Source of the DNA: a virus
Length of the DNA stretch: 52,354 nucleotides
Reading direction: 5' to 3' (one strand)
IMG/VR virus record: IMGVR_UViG_3300026320_000002
Both the position numbers and the translations under genes were made by a program. Under the pieces are notes generated by a model. The model ran no database searches. It saw only the letters and a program-made list of their open reading frames with translations, and was not told where the DNA came from. Within the stretch, counting starts at the first letter, position 1, and the number at the start of each line of letters is the position of its first letter. This document shows, piece by piece, positions 26,419-34,594 of this stretch.

Positions 26419-27149
26419 GCGGCCTATCGAAACTCCTCCGCTCGATCGAGGGGCAGCAGCTCGCTTTCTGGTGCCCGGGGTGCGACTCGGTCCACGCAAT
26501 CAGCTACGCCCCAGGGCAATGGACGTGGAACGCGGATGTGCAGCGTCCGACCTTTTCCCCGAGTGTGTTGGTCACGAGCGGGCATTACACGCCGCAGTGG
26601 GAGCAGCTGAAACCCGAGGACAAGCACTGCTGGTGCACCTACAACGCTGAAGCTCGGGCGAAGGGCGAGCCCGAATCGCCCTATCGGTGCGAGCGCTGCC
26701 ACAGCTTCGTGACCGACGGGCGGATTCAGTTCCTCGCCGATTGCACCCACGCGCTCGCCAATCAAACGGTTGACCTGCCCGACTGGACGGAGTTAGATGC
26801 GCCGGACGCGCCACCCCCACCCCACAGGAGCGAGCTCATGTCGAATGCAGTGCTGACAATCGGCTACACCGATGTGCCTGGCTTCCCGCCCGGGAGCGTG
26901 GTGGCGAGCATCCTCGCCTCGATTATGAACCAGAACGCCGGCACCCCGCCGGAGACCCAGACCCTGCCCCCAGGCACGGTGCAGGCCACCTTCGGGCCCC
27001 TCGATCCGGGCGATTACAGCGTGCTCGTGCAGGCGGTGGACGCCAACGGCTCACCGCTGGGCGGCGCCGCGACCGGCTCGTTCAACGTGCCCGCGCCGGC
27101 GACAGTCACCTTAAGCCTACCCACATCGGTGGGCGCCGCACTCTCGTGA
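26415..27149 (+). CDS. DUF6527-like Cys-rich protein with a ~100-aa C-terminal extension; the start codon is anomalous
   Basis: The frame is open from 26400. The conserved FWCPGCDSVH...PTFSPSVLV...CWCTYN...CERCHSFVTDGRIQFLADCTHALANQTVDLPDW begins upstream of the first canonical start (GTG 26538). The only candidates there are CTG 26415 and ATC 26445. An internal SD+ATG lies at 26826-26840. Confidence 0.55.
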   Translation: MSGLSKLLRSIEGQQLAFWCPGCDSVHAISYAPGQWTWNADVQRPTFSPSVLVTSGHYTPQWEQLKPEDKHCWCTYNAEARAKGEPESPYRCERCHSFVTDGRIQFLADCTHALANQTVDLPDWTELDAPDAPPPPHRSELMSNAVLTIGYTDVPGFPPGSVVASILASIMNQNAGTPPETQTLPPGTVQATFGPLDPGDYSVLVQAVDANGSPLGGAATGSFNVPAPATVTLSLPTSVGAALS

Positions 27150-27262
27150 GCCGGACCCGGCGCTGGTGGCGGCGCATGTGGCCGCGCCGGCCCGTGACGC
27201 TGCGCCTGCCCTGTCACGTTCACGTGCGCGTCTGGCCGCATCACGCCTGAAGGAGAGAGCCC

Positions 27263-27667
27263 ATGGGTGCATGGATCTATGGCGGCCTGGCCCTGCTCAT
27301 CGCGGTCTTAGGGGTCGCCACCTGGGGGGAGAGCCAGCGGATCGACACGCTGAAGGCTGAGAAGGACAGCCTCACCACCTCGCTCAACCAGGCCAAGGGC
27401 GACAACGCCGAGCAGGCGAAGACGATCGATACCCTTACGAAGGACAACGGGGAGTGGGCCCGCAAGGCCAAGGAAGGCGCCGAGAAGCAGGCTACGGCCG
27501 CCCAGGAGCTCGCTACAGCGAAGCAGGCGCGGGCGGTGACCAAGGCCCAGCTGGCGGCGCTCGAGGCCAAGGACCGCACGAGCGTGAGCTGCGAGGCCCT
27601 TCTGAAGACAGATCTCGCCGCGGTGTGTCCGAACATCGCGGCCGCAGCGCAGCAGAGGGCACAATGA
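27263..27667 (+). CDS. i-spanin (Rz-like)
   Basis: 134 aa with an N-terminal TM (WIYGGLALLIAVLGVATW), a charged coiled-coil periplasmic part, and SD gaaggagagagcccATG. Confidence 0.65.
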   Translation: MGAWIYGGLALLIAVLGVATWGESQRIDTLKAEKDSLTTSLNQAKGDNAEQAKTIDTLTKDNGEWARKAKEGAEKQATAAQELATAKQARAVTKAQLAALEAKDRTSVSCEALLKTDLAAVCPNIAAAAQQRAQ

Positions 27668-27996
27668 ATCAGCGTGTTGTCACCGGATGCGCTACCCCGG
27701 GTGCTGCAGCGTCTCTAACTCTGGGGTTTCGTCTGGCATTGGGCATCACCATCCTTCTGGCTGGGTGCGGCAGCGCGCCACCCAAGTTCCTGGACAAGCC
27801 GCGTCCCGTCGAAGTGAAAGTGCCCGGGCCCGTGCAGGCGGTGGATCCGACCCTTATGGCCGATTGCGCTCCAGCGCCTCTGGCTAATACCGCGTTGGAG
27901 GGTCTTCTGGGCCGCCTTGGGTCAGTGGAGGACTGCTTGAAGCAGCTGCGGGACCAGGCGGGGAAGCTCCGGGCGCTGCAGCCACCCTCTCCGTAA
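27664..27996 (+). CDS. o-spanin (Rz1-like outer-membrane lipoprotein)
   Basis: 110 aa, ATGA-coupled to the i-spanin gene. It has a signal peptide with the lipobox ILLAGC and a Pro-rich mature part. Confidence 0.7.
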   Translation: MNQRVVTGCATPGAAASLTLGFRLALGITILLAGCGSAPPKFLDKPRPVEVKVPGPVQAVDPTLMADCAPAPLANTALEGLLGRLGSVEDCLKQLRDQAGKLRALQPPSP

Positions 27997-28279
27997 GGTG
28001 ATCATAGAGCAGCGCCCCCTGCCGGCTGGTAAGCGCGCGCTCTAAACTCAGCAACTGCTCCAGCTCCCCGATCTTACGGATCCAATCCAGCGGCGTGTGG
28101 GTTTCGAAGTGCCTACGCAGGGCGCCCTCAATCCGCAGGTTCCGCTGGCTGATCGCCACCGCGGCAAAGACGCCGAGGCCGAATTGGCCGGCAAGGGTCG
28201 TCGGATCGATCACTTCGGGCTTCAGCTCCGGCTCGTCGTGCACCCAGCTGCAGCAGGGGCAGTGAAAGATTGTTCTCAT
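27884..28279 (-). CDS. Hypothetical protein with an N-terminal CxxC; last gene of the leftward block
   Basis: MRTIFHCPCCSWVHDEP... ATGA-coupled to the upstream gene. The 3' 113 nt overlap the convergent o-spanin gene. Confidence 0.5.
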   Translation of the reverse strand: MRTIFHCPCCSWVHDEPELKPEVIDPTTLAGQFGLGVFAAVAISQRNLRIEGALRRHFETHTPLDWIRKIGELEQLLSLERALTSRQGALLYDHLTERVAAAPGASPPGPAAASSSPPLTQGGPEDPPTRY

Positions 28280-28599
28280 ACGAGCTCCAGCTGCGCCGGA
28301 TCGCGCCGCGCGATCTGCCAGCAATGCACGGGCGCGCCGTAGGTCCCCTCTCGCATCTTGTCTGTCTTCACGAGCAGCCCCCTCAGTGTCAGGTTCGTGA
28401 TCGCCCGGCGCACGCTGGTCAACGGGATCCCCGCAGGCATGATCTGCAGCACCTGATCGGGCGTCAAAGGCAAGCCCGGATTGTGCTGGAAGTGGAGCAG
28501 CACCCGCTCCTCCTGCGTGAGCGCACGGCGCTCGGCGGCGAAGCGCGGGCGCCCGCTTAGTTCGTTGGTGTTGTAGAAAGCCGGCGGGTGATCGCTCAT
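28276..28599 (-). CDS. Winged-helix DNA-binding protein
   Basis: I started it at MSDHPPAFYN (ATG 28599). LTQEERVLLHFQHNPGLPLTPDQVLQIMPAGIPLTSVRRAITNLTLRGLLVKT looks like a wHTH. Confidence 0.55.
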   Translation of the reverse strand: MSDHPPAFYNTNELSGRPRFAAERRALTQEERVLLHFQHNPGLPLTPDQVLQIMPAGIPLTSVRRAITNLTLRGLLVKTDKMREGTYGAPVHCWQIARRDPAQLELV

Positions 28600-28717
28600 C
28601 CGAGCCACCTGAAGGCGCGCGCGCCGCACCACTTGCACATCAGATCCTGGGTGCACGCCCAGGGCCGCCCGTACATCGGCACCCAGCTGTGCCACCCCAG
28701 CCGACAGAGCCAGGCCC

Positions 28718-28990
28718 TCACGGTTGCTCCAGGGTCAGCGTGCGAATCTCCCGGTCAATCAGCTTCTCCTCCGCGACCAGGCGCGCGCGGTCTCTCAAAT
28801 GCATCCTGCGCAGCTCACTGAGGATGGCGCGCACGGCACAGCGGCCGGTGCGAAACTCGAAGACGTAAGCCTCGTACCGGCCGGTCTTGTTCTCCCGCCA
28901 GGCGTTGACCTTGAAGATCAGCTCCTCCCCGCACCCCTCGATGCTCTCGAGAGTCGGCCGGAGATTGAGCTTGCGGGGCTTGTTGCTCAC
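28718..28990 (-). CDS. Hypothetical protein
   Basis: 90 aa with a GTGA overlap to the upstream gene and high GC3. Confidence 0.5.
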   Translation of the reverse strand: MSNKPRKLNLRPTLESIEGCGEELIFKVNAWRENKTGRYEAYVFEFRTGRCAVRAILSELRRMHLRDRARLVAEEKLIDREIRTLTLEQP

Positions 28991-29334
28991 GTCCCGCCCT
29001 GCGCGCGGATGTCCTCCAGCCGCTTTGCCCACCCTGCAAAAAATACGCTCATAGCCTTGGCAATGGCCGGAGTGATCTTTTCCGACGATTGCCATAGAGC
29101 GTGCTGGCAAGCGGCCAATTCGGCGCGGAGGGTGTCGCGTGCATCCTCCAGTGTGCAAATCAGTGATAGCTGAACTTGCTGTTGGGCGGCGGCTTCTATT
29201 TGCCATGCCCGCATCTGTTCGAGCGCGTCGGCGGATAGCCCAAATATGTCGCGAACGTAAGTGAAGGGTTCGTTCGCCTCTGTAAGTCGCTGCAACTCCC
29301 GCAGCCGCGCAATCAATTCATCGATGTCAGTCAT
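28987..29334 (-). CDS. Hypothetical protein
   Basis: 115 aa with an ATGA overlap to the upstream gene. Confidence 0.55.
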   Translation of the reverse strand: MTDIDELIARLRELQRLTEANEPFTYVRDIFGLSADALEQMRAWQIEAAAQQQVQLSLICTLEDARDTLRAELAACQHALWQSSEKITPAIAKAMSVFFAGWAKRLEDIRAQGGT

Positions 29335-29573
29335 GGCCGGAGTGAGGCCTTGACGTCGTTGATCAGCTGATCACCCCACAGCTCGAGATAACGCTTCCAG
29401 CTCTCCAGCGCCAACTTCGGGTCCGGGCTGAAGATCGCGCCGACCATAAAGAAGCCCATCATGGCCGCATTGACCTCGCGAAACGCCGCGGCCACTTCCT
29501 GCTCAGGCGTAGGCGGTGGTGGCGCCGGCGTGCGCACCTCTGGATAAAGCCAAGAACAGGAGGGGATCCACAT
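29331..29573 (-). CDS. Hypothetical protein
   Basis: 80 aa. The ATG overlaps the upstream stop by 1 nt (TGATG); a GTG 3 nt upstream is an alternative start. Confidence 0.45.
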   Translation of the reverse strand: MWIPSCSWLYPEVRTPAPPPPTPEQEVAAAFREVNAAMMGFFMVGAIFSPDPKLALESWKRYLELWGDQLINDVKASLRP

Positions 29574-30022
29574 CACTTTGGCACGAGTGTTCGGTAGGTC
29601 TGCACTGAGCTGTGCAGCGCGGCGGTGGAGAAGCCGGCACCTTCGGGACGTAGGAGCCCCTCGATCACGCCCTCGATCGCGATCGCCATGGCCTCGGCCG
29701 TCTCGCGCAACCTCGCATACGCGGCCGCGCGCTCCTGGCCCACCAGCTGCTCCTCGGCCAGGACGCTCTCGAGTTCCCTGGCATCCGCATCGCCGGCGAT
29801 CATCGCGTCGGCACTCGTCGTGGTGAAGCTGGTCGCGCGTGTTTGGACCGCGGGCTGCGGGCTGTCCTCGACCTCGCACATCAACGTCCGATCCTGCCAG
29901 CCGGCCAAGTGGCGCAGCTCCTGCGCGGCGCGCCAGCTCGGATCGCGCTGGGTAGCTGCCTCGCGCTCAAGCGCTCCAATGATCACCGCGAGCGCCACGG
30001 GTTTTAAGCTGAAGCTACTCAT
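29573..30022 (-). CDS. Hypothetical protein
   Basis: 149 aa from ATG 30022 (MSSFSLKP), overlapping the upstream stop region. Confidence 0.5.
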   Translation of the reverse strand: MSSFSLKPVALAVIIGALEREAATQRDPSWRAAQELRHLAGWQDRTLMCEVEDSPQPAVQTRATSFTTTSADAMIAGDADARELESVLAEEQLVGQERAAAYARLRETAEAMAIAIEGVIEGLLRPEGAGFSTAALHSSVQTYRTLVPK

Positions 30023-30236
30023 CGTCCGGATCCTCCTCAACGACTGTCACCGGATCGCTCGAGCCGCCTAGTTGCACATTGGTATGCACCGTGACCTCCG
30101 CGCTCGTGTCGACCGTCTCGGGCCTTAGCGTCACGCAGACCGGGAAGTCCCCGCCCTTGCCGTGCTGCCAGCGCGTGAAGCCGGCCAGACCCCGGGTGAC
30201 CAGGGCGCTCACGGTACTTGTGCCGAACAGGGTCAT
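30015..30236 (-). CDS. Hypothetical protein
   Basis: 73 aa (MTLFGTSTVSALV...) with an ATGA overlap to the upstream small ORF. Confidence 0.45.
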   Translation of the reverse strand: MTLFGTSTVSALVTRGLAGFTRWQHGKGGDFPVCVTLRPETVDTSAEVTVHTNVQLGGSSDPVTVVEEDPDDE

Positions 30237-30379
30237 AAAGCTGGAAGGTGCCCCATGCTGGCCCGACCACGTTCCACCGGGTGGCGCCACACCGACCTGT
30301 CGGGGCGGGCGGACATGAAGCGGATCAGGCGCTCCATGTCCTCGGTCAGCGGTTTCGCCTTGGTGAGCCGCGCGCTCAC
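30233..30379 (-). CDS. Small hypothetical protein (48 aa)
   Basis: GTGA overlap upstream and ATGA overlap downstream. GC3 is high over most of its length. Below the track cutoff from this start. Confidence 0.35.
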   Translation of the reverse strand: MSARLTKAKPLTEDMERLIRFMSARPDRSVWRHPVERGRASMGHLPAL

Positions 30380-30696
30380 GGCACCGCCTCGTACTTGCGC
30401 TGGAAGACCGAGTCCCGGCACGGGTAGAGCTCCCCCTCCGTGCCGCGGATGATCCAGTCCCCCTGGCGCGCGAGGTGTGGGCCCTCGTGCGTCGGGATGA
30501 TGGCGTAGATCCCACCTTCGATGATCGGGAGCGAGATCTCGGCGCCGGGGAACTCCTTGGCCACCTCATGGGAATGCAGGCCTTTTAACCCATCGCCGCG
30601 GAGCGAAGTGGCCGCGAGCTCGCACACCTCGTTCCAGGTGTCCCAGCGTAGCTGCACCGCCTCGATCAGCACCGGCTTGGAGCGGAAGCGACTCAC
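30376..30696 (-). CDS. Hypothetical small beta-barrel-like phage protein
   Basis: 106 aa with a GTGA overlap. KPVLIEAVQ...GDWIIRGTEGELYPCRDSVFQRKYEAV resembles a recurrent phage family, from memory. Confidence 0.5.
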   Translation of the reverse strand: MSRFRSKPVLIEAVQLRWDTWNEVCELAATSLRGDGLKGLHSHEVAKEFPGAEISLPIIEGGIYAIIPTHEGPHLARQGDWIIRGTEGELYPCRDSVFQRKYEAVP

Positions 30697-31142
30697 GCGC
30701 TCGCCTCCGGGGCGGTGAGCAGGTTCGCACTGCGCACCCGATCGATCAGGCGCTGGCCGTTGCTGGTCAGCATGTGGGGCATGAAGGCCTCCTCGAAGGA
30801 CATGATCCCGCACTCCACCGCGGTCACCTGGCCCTTGACCCAATCGCGCAGGACCGAGCAGACACTGATCCTCGCCTGGGCGAGTGCCCGCTGGTCGTGC
30901 TGGTCGCGGGTGCGCGGCATCGAGCCGGTGTAGGGATGAACCTTCAGCCAGGCGGTGGCGTAGCCCTTCCAGCTCGCCTCCAGATTCACCTGCTTATCGC
31001 GCCAGCGGAAGGCCACGATCTGCACGCAGCGCTCCTGGTCGGTCATGGTCCCGAAGCTCTGGCAGCCGAAACTCGCGAGGATCTTCTGCAGCTCCATCAG
31101 CGCCTTCTCCCCGGCCGTGGCGTTTTCGTAGGGTAGGGTCAC
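30693..31142 (-). CDS. Hypothetical protein; the start is uncertain
   Basis: GTG at 31142 lies 4 nt after the upstream stop. 149 aa. Confidence 0.4.
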   Translation of the reverse strand: MTLPYENATAGEKALMELQKILASFGCQSFGTMTDQERCVQIVAFRWRDKQVNLEASWKGYATAWLKVHPYTGSMPRTRDQHDQRALAQARISVCSVLRDWVKGQVTAVECGIMSFEEAFMPHMLTSNGQRLIDRVRSANLLTAPEASA

Positions 31143-31146
31143 CCAC

Positions 31147-31506
31147 TCACCCGCCGCTGCCCACCGCTGTGCGCCCGGAACTCTCGAGCGCCGCCGAAGC
31201 GAACTCCATGTCGTGGACTCGCTGGGCGAGCAGGTACGCCTCGAGCGCCCAGATCGCATCCCGGGCCTTGGCGCGCGCGAGCTTCTGGCCCAGCTCGGCG
31301 TTAAAGTTCGCCGGACTCACGCAGGCCGCCGAGCCTATGGTTGTGAACCCATTGGTCAGTCGCAGGCAACACACCGTCATCTGGGTGCCTGGAAAGACGT
31401 GGTACTCCTCGCTCTGGATCACCGCATCGACATCGAGTGCCGTGATGCGCGGGCCGGAGGTGAGGCCTTTGGCCTGAATCTCAGCTTCGGTTGCTCGCTC
31501 GTCCAT
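31147..31506 (-). CDS. Gp49-like phage protein (N4 gp49 / Sf6 gp66 family)
   Basis: 119 aa with SD gaggagcgatccATG. RITALDVDAVIQSEEYHVFPGTQMTVCCLRLTNGFTTIGSAACVSPANFNAELGQKLARAKARDAIWALEAYLL fits the family pattern. Confidence 0.65.
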   Translation of the reverse strand: MDERATEAEIQAKGLTSGPRITALDVDAVIQSEEYHVFPGTQMTVCCLRLTNGFTTIGSAACVSPANFNAELGQKLARAKARDAIWALEAYLLAQRVHDMEFASAALESSGRTAVGSGG

Positions 31507-31516
31507 GGATCGCTCC

Positions 31517-31999
31517 TCAGTTGGTGGAATCCCGGTGTTGTTCCGGGTGTGCAATACGCAGAAAATCCGGGTTCTCGATCGCCCCTTCGACGAGGGCGAA
31601 GGCTGCCCCGGGCGGCAGGTTCGAGCAGATCTCGCACTTGACTCCCCCGTCGGCCCTGATCTCCTCGCCCGGCAGGAACAGCAGGTAGCGCAGGTCCTCT
31701 CCGACCACGCTTCGAAGCGCCGCGGCGATGGCATCTGGCCGGCTCTGTGGGGCGGGCGCCGGGGTATTAGGGGGATCCGGGACCTCGGCGCGCCAGCGTC
31801 TCAGGAGATCCTCGATCAGATCGATGCCCTGCTCGCGCGAGACGTTGGCGACGTACTTAACATGACTGGGCAGCTGTCCGGCCACCGCGGTGAGCAGCAC
31901 GAAGGCGATCTGCTCCCCGGCATCTTCGGCCATGCGCTTGTCCAGGCTCCTGGCGATCGCCTCGAGGTTATCGACGAGCCAGCGATCCGCACCGCTCAC
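31517..31999 (-). CDS. Hypothetical protein
   Basis: 160 aa with a GTGA overlap to the upstream gene. Confidence 0.55.
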   Translation of the reverse strand: MSGADRWLVDNLEAIARSLDKRMAEDAGEQIAFVLLTAVAGQLPSHVKYVANVSREQGIDLIEDLLRRWRAEVPDPPNTPAPAPQSRPDAIAAALRSVVGEDLRYLLFLPGEEIRADGGVKCEICSNLPPGAAFALVEGAIENPDFLRIAHPEQHRDSTN

Positions 32000-32739
32000 A
32001 GCCCCGCCTCCGGGCGCCAGGCGGGGTGCTGGTTCGCACGGCGCCAGAACAGCGGCTCGTTCGCCCGCATCAGCATCAGGTGCGCGATCACATCATCGGT
32101 CGGACACATCGCCCCGGCCCAGCTGTTCTGGTAGTAGGCGATCGGGTGCATGCACAGCGCGCACAGGATTCGCATGCGATCCTCATCCGCGACCAGTGCG
32201 ACGGTGGGCCGCAGGCGCCTGAACATATAGGTGACGCGGCTGCGCTCGCTCGCTTCGAGGAAGGCGCCGGTCAGCAGGTATTTCTTGAAGGCGTGGTGTG
32301 GCAGGAGCCTGGCCAGGAGCTGCAGCGCGTTGGACTCCTGCTCAATGCCCCAGGCGACCGAGGCACCCAGTGTGTTGAGCTGCTGGGTCAGACTGTGAGC
32401 GGCGGGCTGAAGGCCGTGCTCGACCCTCCCGCTGATCTCGAACACGTGTATCTCGGAGCGGCGGTGAGTCGACCAGAAGGTGTTACGCCACTTCGGTGGC
32501 GTCGGGCAGTCTTCGGCCGGAGGCGCCTCTTCCTCCTCGCGTCCGAACTGCATCAGCTCTTTGGCGTTAGGAAAGTGCGGCTCGATCATCAACGGGTGGT
32601 CCTTGCCCAGCGGCATCGGAATCCCCGCCCAGTCGGCGCGCGCCTCCGCAGCTCGCTTCAGCCCGTGGCGCAGTCCCGCCAGGGGATCGAAGGATTCGAC
32701 CAGCTTGGTCGCCTCGGGAAGTTCCTCGGCCAGACTCAT
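31996..32739 (-). CDS. Hypothetical protein; the largest product of the distal early operon
   Basis: 247 aa from ATG 32739 (MSLAEELPEAT), with an ATGA overlap to the upstream gene. Confidence 0.55.
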   Translation of the reverse strand: MSLAEELPEATKLVESFDPLAGLRHGLKRAAEARADWAGIPMPLGKDHPLMIEPHFPNAKELMQFGREEEEAPPAEDCPTPPKWRNTFWSTHRRSEIHVFEISGRVEHGLQPAAHSLTQQLNTLGASVAWGIEQESNALQLLARLLPHHAFKKYLLTGAFLEASERSRVTYMFRRLRPTVALVADEDRMRILCALCMHPIAYYQNSWAGAMCPTDDVIAHLMLMRANEPLFWRRANQHPAWRPEAGL

Positions 32740-32999
32740 TTGCCTGACTTCCGGCGCAGCGCGTCCAGGATGGCATTGCCCACGTAGCAGATGGCGCGCA
32801 TTGAGGCCCCGTCCGTGTACTGACCCGGGTAGCGGTGTGCGGCGCTGGCAGGCGTGGAGACACAAAGGGTGCAGAACCAGAAGTCTTGCTTTCGGCTGCC
32901 GCCACCGCCGGCAATGGTGGTGTGTAACTGCGGGAAAAACTCGAGCTCCGTGGTCACGTAACCGCAGCATTCGCACTCCCCGGGATTTTCCTCGGCCAT
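32736..32999 (-). CDS. Cys-rich small protein, a putative zinc-binding protein
   Basis: 87 aa. ECECCGY...FWFCTLC. Confidence 0.55.
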   Translation of the reverse strand: MAEENPGECECCGYVTTELEFFPQLHTTIAGGGGSRKQDFWFCTLCVSTPASAAHRYPGQYTDGASMRAICYVGNAILDALRRKSGK

Positions 33000-33002
33000 G
33001 GG

Positions 33003-33386
33003 CTATCCGCCGGCGGAGCGGGAGACCGCGACCGCATTGGTGGTGGTGGCATCCTTGCGGGTGAGGGGCGGGCGGCCCCGCTTGATCAGGGGCGTCCGTC
33101 CGCGCTCCAGATCCTGGGGCACATCGACAGCGCGGGCGATCTCGCCCTCCTCCTCCTGCGGGAGCCCGACGATCAGGTACTCACAGGTCTTCGGATCGAA
33201 CCCGGTCGCACTCTGGTACAGCGGCTTGCCCTTGCGCTTGCCCACCTCGACCAGGATGGCGTAGCCGCGCTTAAGCATGTCCGTGACGATGCGCGCGCAG
33301 CGCTCGCGCTCGGCGGGCTTGTTCCGATCGAAGCTCAGCTTCGTGTCCCCGCTGCCCACGTTCAGTACCGCCAGTCCCCCGTCCAT
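33003..33386 (-). CDS. Hypothetical protein
   Basis: 127 aa with an ATG start and a basic C-terminal tail. Confidence 0.55.
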   Translation of the reverse strand: MDGGLAVLNVGSGDTKLSFDRNKPAERERCARIVTDMLKRGYAILVEVGKRKGKPLYQSATGFDPKTCEYLIVGLPQEEEGEIARAVDVPQDLERGRTPLIKRGRPPLTRKDATTTNAVAVSRSAGG

Positions 33387-33387
33387 A

Positions 33388-33597
33388 TCAGTTCCCCTCG
33401 TGAACCTCTAAACAGTTGAAGTCAGGTGACCCGCGCGCCCGCATGTGGGCGTTGATCGCCTTGCAGAAACCGACCCAGACGCTCCCTAGATCATCGGGTG
33501 TCTGGCGCACATCGAAAGCCTCGGTCGTCACGTGGATGCCCACTTCACCACTCGAGTCCCTTGTGAAGTCGATGACCAGGCGGATCGAATCGTTCAT
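33388..33597 (-). CDS. Hypothetical protein
   Basis: 69 aa with an ATGA overlap to the upstream small ORF. Confidence 0.5.
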   Translation of the reverse strand: MNDSIRLVIDFTRDSSGEVGIHVTTEAFDVRQTPDDLGSVWVGFCKAINAHMRARGSPDFNCLEVHEGN

Positions 33598-33773
33598 CGG
33601 CTGAGGTTCCGCGCCGTGGGCTGGTGGCGCCAGGGCTGATCGGGGTGTCGCTCCCAGCTCCTATCGGATTGATGGTCCACACCGCCTACCGTCCTGATAG
33701 TGCGAATCCGCCGCCAGTTGCGCTCCCGGCGGAACTCCTCGAGCAGCAGCTGCAGCAGGTGCGGCAGCTTCAC
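33594..33773 (-). CDS. Small Arg-rich hypothetical protein (59 aa), not in the ORF track
   Basis: GTGA overlap with the upstream gene and ATGA overlap with the downstream gene. It fills an otherwise 170-nt gap. Confidence 0.35.
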   Translation of the reverse strand: MKLPHLLQLLLEEFRRERNWRRIRTIRTVGGVDHQSDRSWERHPDQPWRHQPTARNLSR

Positions 33774-34018
33774 GCCGGGTCCTTCCAGTTGGCCAGCGAG
33801 CGCTCAATCACATCGATCTGGGGCAGGTCCTGGTCTGGGGCGAGCTCCCCGATGAGCACCTTGTAGTCCGCCTCGGCGCCGGCATAGTCCAGCTGCCCGG
33901 CGACCAGGTCCTCCTCGGCCAGGCGGATCCGCCGGCGGGCCCCGCGCATCCTGATTCGGGCATTGCCCATCCGCTGCCAGGCATCCGAGATCCGCTCCGT
34001 GAGTGGCCGATCGCTCAT
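33770..34018 (-). CDS. Hypothetical protein
   Basis: 82 aa from ATG 34018 (MSDRPLTERI), with an ATGA overlap. Confidence 0.5.
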   Translation of the reverse strand: MSDRPLTERISDAWQRMGNARIRMRGARRRIRLAEEDLVAGQLDYAGAEADYKVLIGELAPDQDLPQIDVIERSLANWKDPA

Positions 34019-34206
34019 AAGGGCTGCTCCACTGCTGCGGCCAGCTGCAGGCGCGCCACTTCCCGGTTGCAATCGGGCAGGTAGCAATACAGCACCAGCT
34101 CGCGCTCTGGGGTCAGCTCTGCCCGAAGGGGCGCGGTCGGATGGCAGCGGGCGTGCAGGAACACCGGCCAATCACCGCACAGCTCGCAGCCCTTGGGCTC
34201 GCTCAT
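34015..34206 (-). CDS. Small Cys/His-rich protein
   Basis: 63 aa, MSEPKGCELCGDWPVFLHARCHP...CYLPDC, with an ATGA overlap. Confidence 0.5.
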   Translation of the reverse strand: MSEPKGCELCGDWPVFLHARCHPTAPLRAELTPERELVLYCYLPDCNREVARLQLAAAVEQPL

Positions 34207-34394
34207 TCGGCCCAGCTGCCTGTCACGGCGAGTCTGGTGCTGCGGGCATAGTGAGCCTCGGCGGCCACGAGCTCGCGCAGCTTCGTGGCGCGCTTGATTG
34301 CCGGGTCGGCGCAAATAAAGGCGACGCGCTCGAAGGCCGCCTCCAGGTCCTTGACCCGCTGCTGGCTCATTCTGGCGATCTGGTTGAGGGTCAT
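34203..34394 (-). CDS. Hypothetical protein, first gene of the fourth leftward operon
   Basis: 63 aa with SD ggaggatcggATG. Confidence 0.55.
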   Translation of the reverse strand: MTLNQIARMSQQRVKDLEAAFERVAFICADPAIKRATKLRELVAAEAHYARSTRLAVTGSWAE

Positions 34395-34563
34395 CCGATC
34401 CTCCGCTCCACTAAACGGGGTAGAAAACTTGCCCTCCGACAGAGACTGCGGGAGCCTAGGTCCGGGCCAGACCTACGCAACCATGCTTGAGCTGTCGGAC
34501 CTCCCGGGCAATTACACCCGCCGGTGTGCGGCGGCTTGCCTGGCGCATTCTGTAAGGGTGTCG

Positions 34564-34594
34564 ATCCTAGCCACATCGTTGCCAGTCGTCAACG
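34564..34594 (-). promoter_or_regulatory. Leftward promoter/operator PL4: -35 TTGACG, 17-nt spacer, -10 TAGGAT, with the palindrome CGTTGCCA-GT-CGTCAACG (34577-34594)
   Basis: It has the same architecture as the sites at 37384, 39930 and 42137. It is followed by a ~160-nt leader before ATG 34394. Confidence 0.6.

Noticed and set aside
31505-32787. Plus-strand track ORFs inside the leftward block (31505..32134, 32026..32787, 35265..36119, 40467..41423 and others).
   Set aside because: They lie antisense to coupled, motif-bearing minus-strand genes and are Arg/Pro/Gly-rich shadow ORFs.
34391-34576. The 61-aa minus-strand track ORF in the PL4 leader.
   Set aside because: The composition is non-coding-like, there is no SD, and it would start inside the promoter. 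I treated the region as a 5' UTR.
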